Translations under genes and position numbers: made by a program
NCBI RefSeq assembly: GCF_009914755.1
Contig: NC_060934.1
DNA length: 64,000 nt
Origin: the human T2T-CHM13v2.0 reference genome, Homo sapiens
Strand: one strand, 5' to 3'
Notes under the pieces: model-generated
What the model was told of the DNA's origin: nothing
The model's database searches: none
Seen by the model: only the letters and a program-made list of their open reading frames with translations
Shown here: in pieces, positions 54,771 to 64,000 of the stretch
How positions within the stretch are numbered: position 1 is the stretch's first letter
Layout: the number at the start of each line of letters is the position of its first letter

Positions 54771-54858
54771 TTAAAAGTGAATGACCTGTGATCAGGATTA
54801 TGCATCAAGATGTGAGAAAATCCTTCCTAAGGATGTTAAATATAAATTCACAAGACTC

Positions 54859-54967
54859 GGGCACTTTGGAGCAGAGGCCAGGTGGATGGGAAGAAGTGGG
54901 CACTTCGGAGCAGAGTCCAGGCAGATGGGGGGAAGCGGGTGCTTCGGAGCAGAGGCAGGCAGATAGG
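54859..54967. repeat. Degenerate minisatellite, 39 bp x ~2.7
   Basis: GGGCACTTYGGAGCAGAGKCCAGGYRGATGGG recurs three times. Confidence 0.85.
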
Positions 54968-57900
54968 GTTCATGCAGGTGCAGGATTCTTCACTTGCCTG
55001 CAAAGGGGATTGCTGTCAGAAGCACCCATGCCTCTTGCCTTCAGATTTTCATAAGCAAAGATACTTCAGGATGCAAGAGGAAATGCACACTGCTAATGCT
55101 GTAGATTTGTTACTCAGTAAATGCCCAGCATCAGAGCTCCTGGGTTTTACCTGGTGAAGAAATATCTACATGCCAAACAGAATCATTACTGCCTTCATTT
55201 CAGAGGTTTTCCGAGGGACCTGGGAAAGTTGTCAGTGCTGGCAGTAGAGATGCCACACCAGCAGTGTTCAAACACTTTACAAGTGCTGATTCAATACATG
55301 AGCAAATGGATGAAAATAGAAACCTCACATTTGTCTGTGGTTTTTAAGCCTCTTTCCACTGCCTTAAGGAGGTTTTGGGCATGGCAGCGAGTTTCCCATC
55401 TACCTTTTAGGGGATGGGATGACCACACAGGCAAGGGCAGAACATGACGTTTCAATTTTTGCACTAGCTTAAAAACAGGTAATCTCGTTTTACACTCTTC
55501 CCATCCTTCTCCAGTTGATAGTGCAGTTTTATATTACCTTAACTTTACAGACATGGTAATGGGTTCAGAGATTATATGCAAAGACACTGAAGACTTAAAC
55601 CAAGTCCTTCACTCAATTGACAAACACAAGTATTTGTATTTTTAAAAATGCATTTAGTGTTACTGAGCATTCTGTAGATATCAGGGTCTCTTATATTTTA
55701 AAACCTCTATATAAGGTCCACTTTTACTACAAGTCAATGACCCAGGGCAAATAATTTAGAAATCAGGATTCTATTTTCTCATCTGTGAAGCATTTAAATA
55801 CCCATTTTATTGAATTTTGATGAGAATTATACAAAAATCATGTGTCTCATAGATTTGACTATTGTACACAATTATATCCACGCATATTTAAAATATTTTT
55901 GAAAAACAGAAAAATGATATGGCTGTTAACATAATACAGTTTTGAAAGTGAACTATTATTGCAGATGCAAGCTGTCTCATGCTGCCTCCGTGTCACTCCC
56001 ACACCCTGCACTGATCTCCAGAGTCAAAGCCGTTCAAAAGTCTTACCTGTGCTTTTTTTTGGCACAAAACACACTTCCAGATTTCTCAGTGGTTTGCTTA
56101 TACTGTCAGGTACTGAGGCACTCATAGACCACAGCTATAGAATCCATTCTGTGGAAGAAGACAGAAGCACTTGGAATTCCTCCTCCTGCCTAAACATACA
56201 CACTTCAATAGCTTCTTTTCCCATATTCCCAAGTTAGCCGTGTCATAAGTTTTGGTTAAATCCTTCGTGACGTTTACATTAGCGTGACTGTGTACCACTA
56301 TGCGTTGTCAATCCCCTTTTTTCCTGGCATATTTTAATTGCTTCTTTTTTTTCCTTTTATCTCATATTTTGTGTGTGAGACAAATCTGCCATTAAATCTC
56401 AGCATTTTAGACAAATCTATATTTTTAAATGTTTTTCAATACGATGAAAACGGTAAGGTAATCTGTCAGTTCCCAGTCTCTCATTCAGGAGAAGACACTC
56501 CTGGGAACGCGAACCCCCTGGCTCCAGTTTGCTAGTTCTCTGGTCCCGAGGCACAGAACTTCCTGCAGCCCTCTGTGTCTTCCTGGGATGCTTTTTGTCT
56601 CTGTGTAAGCTCCAACACTTGCAGGATCCAATGTCTTTCGTCTTATTGATTTGCTCCTCCGTTCTGTGATCCACATTTGCTTCTAGTGGAAGAAGAAATG
56701 GAAGATAATTATTGATATCTTTCATGTATAAAGAAGTCTTCCTTTACTTATCAATTCTGTTAATTTATCAAACACTAAAAAGTCCTTGTTTCATGTCAGG
56801 CATGGTTCTAATTACAGATATTAACTTAATAATTTCTTACTAGTTTGCCGACATAAAATTTTAACTTGAGAATAAGCTGCCCTGAGAATTGTGAACCCCA
56901 TTCTGCATTTTCTTTCTAGATTACAGTATTGTTAAGAAATTGGATGTCATTCTTATTCCAAATTTTTTTGCCTATTAAGTCTTGTTTTTGTTTTTCTTTT
57001 CACTCTCTATCAGCTTAATCCCTAGTATTTGGGTATAATGATAATGCCCTTGGTGTAAGTAGTCTTTAAATGCATTTGCCTTAATACATTAAATCTGAAA
57101 ATCCATCGACTCCATCTTTTTAATTATTTTTCATCTGATATCATTGGTGATTCCCTTTCCTCTCTTTATTATTTCTTTCTCCAATATTATTAGTTATATT
57201 TTCCAGACTAATTAAATAGATCTTTTCAGTTCTTTAAAATAGTTTTAACATCTCCTTGCTACATCTTTAATGTTTTCTTCGATTTTGGGATATGGCCCCA
57301 ACTCTACCTTCCAAATCTTTATTTGCTTCTTTAAATTCCCACTAACGTATTTTTAACTTCCAAGACCTTTTGTTTGTTCTCTGCCTTCCTTTATCAAAGT
57401 ATTCTGATTCTGCGGGGATTACAGTTTTGAAGTGTTATTCTGTCATCTACATTCATTCCCTTTACTCTGAGTTCTGCTATTTTCTGCTTCTTTATTTGGA
57501 TCTCTGTGTTTCTTGCTGGAAGTTTGCCTCCAATGGCTGGTGATCCTTCACGGTTCTTCCATATTCATGAGAGAGACATAAAATTAGATACAACATGTGC
57601 ATTCTGGTTAATTGTTCAGAGGTATGCATTTCCAATTGCAGAACTTTAAAGATTCTTTGGATGCTACAAATCCACAACTTTAAGAATAAGCCAGAACACC
57701 TATTTCCTGTTTTATTGCCTGTTAAGAAGAAGGTGTACTTTGTCATACTGGATTTTGATAGAATGTGCTGTGGGTGGATACATGGGAAGGTACTTCTACA
57801 CAACATCAGTCCATCTGGCTAAAAATTAAGTCAATCAATTAGCTCTTAACTTACTTATCTATCACTGAATACTCCTATTTTAATGAAAAATTTTTGTTTT

Positions 57901-58488
57901 ATGGAAAATTCATGGGATGGACTTTGTAGCCTGTTAGAATGAAAAGGAGAGCACTAGTAAATACAGGAAGAAATGTGTGCCATCCCTTCATAAATACTTA
58001 ACTTTCAGCAGGTGCTGAGTTCTAAGTATATGGCCAGGCATTGTGCTAAGTGTATTACAGTTATTAAAGTATTTAATTTCCACAGGAGAATTACATGGCA
58101 TTCTAATTTTACAGATGAGAAAATGGTCTTTATAAGATCAATAATTCACTCCGAATAATAATTCCTCCAGTTAAGTGGAAAAATAAAGATTAGAACACAG
58201 GTCTTTAATTTAATCTCTAAGGTCTTCCACTTCTCTCCACAAATTCAATCTAATTATTTATGATTCTAGGTATACTTCAAACACTTTCTAGACCTTCACA
58301 GTCATTATTAAGAGCATAAACTATCATCGATTTTACAATTATTATATTGCTTTAAACCAATTATTAGTAAATTCTGCACAATAGAATTCATTTAATAAAG
58401 AAGAGAGTGACATAAATTTTATCTAATTTACGTTTTATATTATGTAATGTAAACATTGCCTTTTTTGAGACACTTTACAAGCCATCCA

Positions 58489-58551
58489 ATTTATCTATTC
58501 TAGTCTTAGAGTAAATATTTATCTATTCTGGTCTTAGAGTAAATATTTATC
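58489..58551. repeat. 28 bp tandem duplication
   Basis: ATTTATCTATTCTRGTCTTAGAGTAAAT x2 plus a partial unit. Confidence 0.9.
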
Positions 58552-58738
58552 TTCAATGTTTTTCTTATCTTAAAATTGTAATTAAGTTAGCAAGTAGTTG
58601 CCGAAGAACGAGGTCAGAACTCCTATGTGGTGGAATATCACCAGTTTATTTTTTGTGTCTATTTTCGTTTCCATTTTGAAAGAAAAATTCTATCTTTATC
58701 AACAATGATCCCGATACGCTCTGCCCAAAAGAAGGTTA

Positions 58739-58824
58739 TTAGGCTAGTGCAAAAATAATTGTGTTTTTTGTCATTATTTAATTATTTAATGGTAAAAACT
58801 GCAATTACTTTTGCAGCAACCTAA
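58739..58824. mobile_element. MADE1 (Hsmar1-derived MITE) with TA TSD
   Basis: TA|TTAGGCTAGTGCAAAAATAATTG...CAATTACTTTTGCAGCAACCTAA|TA; mariner TIRs TTAGGTTGGTGCAAAAGTAATTGC. Confidence 0.93.
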
Positions 58825-58896
58825 TAGCTGTATTTTGAGAAGTAGTGATCAAGATCAACTTTAGAATCTCTATCCATCAACTGATTGGTAAATACA

Positions 58897-59448
58897 TTTT
58901 TTATTATACTTTAAGTTCTGGGATACATGTGCAGAACGTGCAGGTTTGTTACATAGGTATACACGTGCCATGGTGGTTTGCTGCACCCATCAACCTGTCA
59001 TCTACATTAGGTATTTCTCCTAATGTTATCCCTCCCCTAGTCCCCCATCCCACAACGGGCCCCAGTGTGTGATGTTCCTTTCCCTGTGTCCATGTGTTCT
59101 CATTGTTCAACTCCCATTTATGAGTGAGAACACAAGGTGTTTGCTTTTTCTGTTCTTGTGTTAGTTTGCTGAGAATTATGGTTTCCAGCTTCATCCATGT
59201 CCCTGCAAAGGACATGAACTCATCCTTTTATATGGCTGCACAGTATTCCATGGTGTCTATATCCATGATGGACATTTGGGTTGGTTCCAAGTCTTTGCTA
59301 TTGTGAACAGTGCCACAATAAACATACGTGTGCATGTGTCTTTATAGTAGAATAATTTATAATCCTTTGGGCATATACCCAGTAATGGGATTGCTGGGTC
59401 AAATGGTATTTCTAGTTCTAGATCCTTGAGGAATCACCACACTGTCTT
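58897..59448 (-). mobile_element. L1PA (PA6-PA8-like) 3' end, antisense, 5'-truncated
   Basis: TTATTATACTTTAAGTTCTGGGATACATGTGCAGAACGTGCAGG...; minus ORF MSFAGTWMKLETIILSKLTQEQK is the L1 ORF2 C-terminus. Confidence 0.95.
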
Positions 59449-59582
59449 TTGAAGATTGACAATGTTTCTAATGAAGGCTTAATATAATGGGGAAAAAGGA
59501 ATCTTAATGACATTCTTTTGTTTTTCACAATAATAGCAATACATTACAACAATATATCCTTTCAATCAAAAATCTTTGAAAT

Positions 59583-60385
59583 GTGTTTTGCATGTGTAAT
59601 CTCCAACCTTCTAGAGAGACACATGGATATGTGCACTGGAACTCCAGTCCCCAGCCCTGGGATCCAGGCTATGTTTTGCATGTGTGATCTCCTAGCTTCC
59701 ATAGAGATATGTGGATGTGTGCACTGGAACTCCAGTCCCCAGCCCTGGGATCCAGGCTATGTTTTGCATGTGTGATCTCCTAGCTTCCATAGAGATACGT
59801 GGATGTGTGCACTGGAACTCCAGTCCCCAGCCCTGGGATCCAGGCTGTGTTTTGCATGTGTGATCTCCTGGCTTCCATAGAGATATGTGGATGTGTGCAC
59901 TGGAACTCCAGTCCCCAGCCCTGGGATCCAGGCTATGTTTTGCATGTGCAATCTCCTCCCTTCCATAGAGATATGTGGATGTGTGCACTGGAACTCCAGT
60001 CCCCAGCCCTGGGATCCAGGCTACATTTTGCATGTGCGATCTCCTCCCTTCCATAGAGATACATGGATGTGTGCACAGGAACTCCAGTCCCCAGCTCTGG
60101 GATCCAGGCTATGTTTTGCATGTGTGATCTCCTAGCTTCCATAGAGATATGTGGATGTGTGCACTGGAACTCCAGTCCCCAGCCCTGGGATCCAGGCTGT
60201 GTTTTGCATGTGTGATCTCCTCCCTTCCATAGAGTCACATGGATGTGTGCACTGGAACTCCAGTCCCCAGCCCTGGGATCAAGGCTATGTTTTCCATGTG
60301 TGATCTCCTAGCTTCCATAGAGATACGTGGATGTGTGCATTGGAACTATTCCAATCCCCAGCCCTGGGCTCCAGGCTACGTTTTG
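59583..60385. repeat. Minisatellite, 88 bp x ~9
   Basis: ATGTTTTGCATGTGTGATCTCCTAGCTTCCATAGAGATATGTGGATGTGTGCACTGGAACTCCAGTCCCCAGCCCTGGGATCCAGGCT at 88 bp spacing (59583, 59671, 59759 ... 60287). Confidence 0.98.
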
Positions 60386-61469
60386 TCACATGCTAGAGAT
60401 GTAAGCTGGGGAAGCTGATCCAAAATTGATCAAACTGGGCCTCAGTTTTCTCAAGGATAAAAAGAGAGTACTTTATTAAATTGTTACAGAAATTAAACAA
60501 TATAAATATTTCAATGATAAATAATTACATCAATAAAATGTCAGTTATCCATGGCAATATTATAGTTGTAAATGTGGACAGGTTAAGCCCCAGAGATTGA
60601 GTCCATTCATGTTAGAAGTATTTCTCTACATTAATGCATAAACACTATAAGGTAGAAGCAGTCATTTAACAAATTCAAGCTAAGAAAAAAAGTAAAAATA
60701 ATTATTCCTATTTCTTAGTGCCTGTGACAACATTACTCACTTCACATATGTTATTTCTATACTCTTTATAAATTACTTCCTAAGACTATGGAAGTCTGGT
60801 TTCTTATGTTTTCCTTCTGAATTTTACAGTTAGACAGATCTGAGAGGTGGGTGTGTTGAAATGCGTATGTGAATTAAATGCAATGCAAAAGTAAAGCTTA
60901 ACTCCATAAGACAGCAACGACGAGTAGAAAGTGTGTGAGATTATTTCCTTTTACCTCGTCTGTTTATAGACTCTTACTAAAATATTTGTAGCCTAACAAA
61001 CTGAAAGGAATTAAGAAAACTTGATGTGATTCTGAGAGTCACTTTGATGTTGGAATGATAAGAAAATCGTGTGTTTGAGGGAAGACTGGATAAGAATATT
61101 GATAATACCTGTGAGAAATAATGGAGACATTATTTGCACTTTATAGAGAAGGAAACTTGGAACAAAACCAAGTGTCTCTCTGTAGCATGTTCAAATGATG
61201 TTGTATGGAGTTCATGTATGTATACATAGAATCAGACAGAGAAGAACAGATGCTGAAGGTGAACACCCTAAGTTTGTGTTTCCTGGTACAAAGCTTATTC
61301 TAGATTATATCTGTCAACTCCAAAGAAGAATTCTTACACCTCAAGGGAAAAACAAATAGATGAAGGATAAGTGGAAAATGATGATCTTCTTTTTTTCTTT
61401 TTCCTTTACTGTTTCTCCTTCATGGTTTTTCTTCATTGTTTCTGGAATCTTACTGAAATATTTGTGGCC

Positions 61470-62130
61470 ATGCATTGCTGGTGGGAAGGTAAAATGGCAC
61501 AGCTGCTATGGAAAACAGTTTAGAAGTTTCAAAAATTTAAACATAGAACTACCATATCACACAAGAGTTTCACTACTAGGCATATTCCCCAAAATAATGG
61601 CAACCAAGACTCAAAAAGATACTTGTACATCAAAGTACACTGCAGCATGATTCACAATAACCAAAAGGTGCACAGAACCCAAACGTCCATCAATGGATGA
61701 ATGGATAAAGAAAATGTGGCCTGGATACTCCATGGAATATTATTCAGTCATGAAAGAGATGGCATTCTAACACACACCACAGCATGGTGAAGCTTGGAAA
61801 CATTATGCTACGTGAAATAAGCTGGACACAGAAGGACAGATGAGACACTGCCATGAAATATCTGGAATAGACAAGTTCGCAGAGAAATAAAGTCAGCCAG
61901 AAGATGATTGATTAGTGGGAACAGAATTTCCATCTGGGGCAATAAAAATATTTTGGAAATAGATGGTGGTGTTGGCCGCACCTATAGTGAATGAAATTAA
62001 GGCCACTGATGTGTACACTTATGCTGGTCAAAATGGCAAATTTTGTGCTGTGTGTATTTTACTACAATAAAAATATTTTTTAAAGTACCTATGGTAAATT
62101 TTATGCTATGTATATTTTACTACAATAAAA
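61470..62130 (+). mobile_element. L1MB-like 3' end with duplicated terminus
   Basis: CATTGCTGGTGGGAAGGTAAAATGG...CCATCAATGGATGAATGGATAAAG...ATGGCAAATTTTGTGCTG...TACAATAAAA. Confidence 0.88.
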
Positions 62131-62131
62131 G

Positions 62132-62186
62132 TTTTTTTTTTTTTTTTTTTTGACGGAGTCCCACTCTGTCTCCCAGGCTGGAGTGC
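62132..62186 (-). mobile_element. Alu 3' terminal fragment (~55 bp including tail)
   Basis: (T)20GACGGAGTCCCACTCTGTCTCCCAGGCTGGAGTGC, then unrelated sequence. Confidence 0.85.
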
Positions 62187-62294
62187 TCTTCACCCATCCA
62201 CTGTGCTATTTCTCTTTGAAGTCAGTCAGTCTTGCGGTTCTTTTCCTCTATTTTATAATTTTTTGACTAACTTTTCAAGGACTATAAACAGTTT

Positions 62295-62300
62295 ATTTTT

Positions 62301-62333
<33 letters not shown>

Positions 62334-62613
62334 GAGACAGAGTCTCGCTCTGTCGCCCAGGCTGGAGTGCAGTGGCGTGATCTCGGCTCACTGCAAGCTC
62401 CGCCTCCCGGGTTCACACCATTCTCCTGTCTCAGCCTCCTGAGTAGCTGGGAGTACAGGGGCCCACCACCATTCCTGGCTGATTTTTTGTATTTTTAGTA
62501 GAAACGGGGTTTCACCGTGTTGGTCAGGATGGTCTTGAACTCCTGACCTCGTGATCCATGGTGCTCGACCTCCCAAGGTGCTGGGATTACAGGTGTGAGC
62601 CACTGCATCCGGC
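62295..62613 (-). mobile_element. AluY-like SINE, antisense, perfect 14 bp TSD
   Basis: ACTATAAACAGTTT at 62281-62294 and 62614-62627; TGCAAGCTCCGCCTCCCGGGTTCACACCATTCTCC. Confidence 0.96.
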
Positions 62614-62942
62614 ACTATAAACAGTTTTAATGCCTCTACCATCTTGGGTAAAGCTTACCTATCATGAGTTCTACCAGCTTATGTACTTAAACATTTACCT
62701 TCCCCACTTCATGGAGTCCACATCCACCACCAGACTTACCTGAAACCATGCTGATCACTCGTTATTTAGTTCTTACAGCTCCACTGAAATGCTCTGGGGA
62801 GAAAAAAAGAATGTCTTCCTCACCTCAAAACTCACACACTCTTTTTTTAAACATCTTCTTGTAGCCATTGACATCAGATTCCCTGGTACTTGGTCCACAT
62901 GGCTCCATGAGTCCCTGATTCTCACAGCCATGCGGCACACAG

Positions 62943-63088
62943 AGCGAGGGACCTCTCATGAATGAACGCCCTAGATGCCCACCCCTGTCAAGCGAGGGAC
63001 CTCTCATGAATGAACGCCCTAGATGCCCACCCCTGTCAAGCGAGGGACCTCTCATGAATGAACGCCCTAGATACCCACCCCTGTCAAG
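62943..63088. repeat. Minisatellite, 48 bp x 3, near perfect
   Basis: AGCGAGGGACCTCTCATGAATGAACGCCCTAGATRCCCACCCCTGTCA at 62943, 62991, 63039. Confidence 0.98.
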
Positions 63089-63258
63089 TTCAGCACGGCA
63101 AAGACACAGTGGGGACAAGGGCACTGAGGTGGAGCTGAGGCTTTACTGACGGGATATTTTGAATCTGTTCATTGCAAGGCCTCTTCTGTCTATGCTGTCA
63201 CGAAAGGAATAAATAAGGTGTGTTTATAAGTTTTCACAATGGGGACATGTCTTCCCTT

Positions 63259-63260
<2 letters not shown>

Positions 63261-63295
<35 letters not shown>
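63261..63295 (+). repeat. Pure poly(T)35
   Basis: Counted directly; no adjacent Alu or L1 body recognised. Confidence 0.95.
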
Positions 63296-63299
<4 letters not shown>

Positions 63300-63449
63300 A
63301 ATACTTCTAAAACTTGGCTGCGGTAATTGAGGCTGCATCACAACACATGAGTACTCTCCAATAATTATACCTCACCTGTTGGGTGTCATACTGTATTATT
63401 ATGCTTTGGGATTCCCTGGAATACCATTTATGCAATGATGGTGATGACA

Positions 63450-63690
63450 TCGGTAATAATGGCTAGAGCACTGACTTCATGCCAGAACAACCTAGGGGCT
63501 TCAGACGTGTGTTTAGCTTCTCAACAGCCCCATGAGGTAGGACCCATTTTCCCTTTTGGTGGATGAGAAAATCGAGAAGCGGAAGGTAAGAATTTAGTTC
63601 AAGCTCTTACATCTAGTGAAAACCAGAATTGGGATTTGAACCCACTCAGTCTGGCTCCAGAGCCTGCGCTCAACCGTGTTGTACACCGAC
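63450..63690 (-). mobile_element. MIR SINE
   Basis: AACAGCCCCATGAGGTAGG...GATGAGAAAATCGAG...GGGATTTGAACCC...GTCTGGCTCCAGAGCC. Confidence 0.8.
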
Positions 63691-64000
63691 TTGGCTCTAA
63701 CAGATCCACTGCAGTTTCTTCATCAACCTTAGTTTCCCCTTGTTGACTCCTTGTAAATCAGGCACTTGGCAAAATACCTCGATTCACCTGGTGCAGCCAC
63801 ATCATTGAAATACATATGTTCTTTCATTCTACTAAACACAGTAAAAGAGTAATGGTGCTCAACTTCTATGAATTTGCTAATAAAGATATTATAGTCACAT
63901 AAAACTTGTTCTTTGGGTTTCATTTAGAAATAATATTTACACATTCATTCATCTTATCAGTTATTTGCATAGGCATTAAGCACAGAAAATGTGGGTATAT

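Noticed and set aside
59583-60385. Regularly spaced palindromic repeats that superficially resemble a CRISPR array (also 18012-18279 and 19914-20283)
   Set aside because: Units are contiguous with no unique spacers, there are no cas genes, and the context is eukaryotic; these are VNTRs.

Overview
Primate (most likely human) non-coding genomic DNA. I found no protein-coding gene, RNA gene or CRISPR array that I can support; the long ORFs in the track come from Alu, L1, low-complexity or tandem-repeat sequence. Much of the window is interspersed repeats: about 17 Alu or Alu fragments (many with visible target-site duplications), a HAL1, a ~6 kb old antisense L1 with an Alu and an L1PA 3' end nested inside it, other L1 3' ends, L2/MIR relics, ERVL/MaLR LTRs, an ERVL pol (RNase H) fragment, a Charlie hAT transposase fragment and a MADE1 MITE. 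It also has seven minisatellites (13, 39, 48, 53, 61, 67 and 88 bp units) and several CpG-rich patches, which suggests a distal or subtelomeric high-recombination location (inference; I cannot name the locus). The most unusual items are a 110 bp near-perfect palindrome not obviously derived from a repeat (13588-13697), minisatellites that multiply transcription-factor motifs or hairpins, a G-quadruplex-prone 13-mer array in a CpG island, an ERVL pol segment bracketed by two ~50 bp Z-DNA-prone tracts, and a candidate recursive splice site with several candidate + strand exons. None of these is demonstrated to be a new biological system; they are testable hypotheses. Repeat subfamily calls are from recalled consensus features, not a RepeatMasker run, and boundaries of old repeats are approximate.
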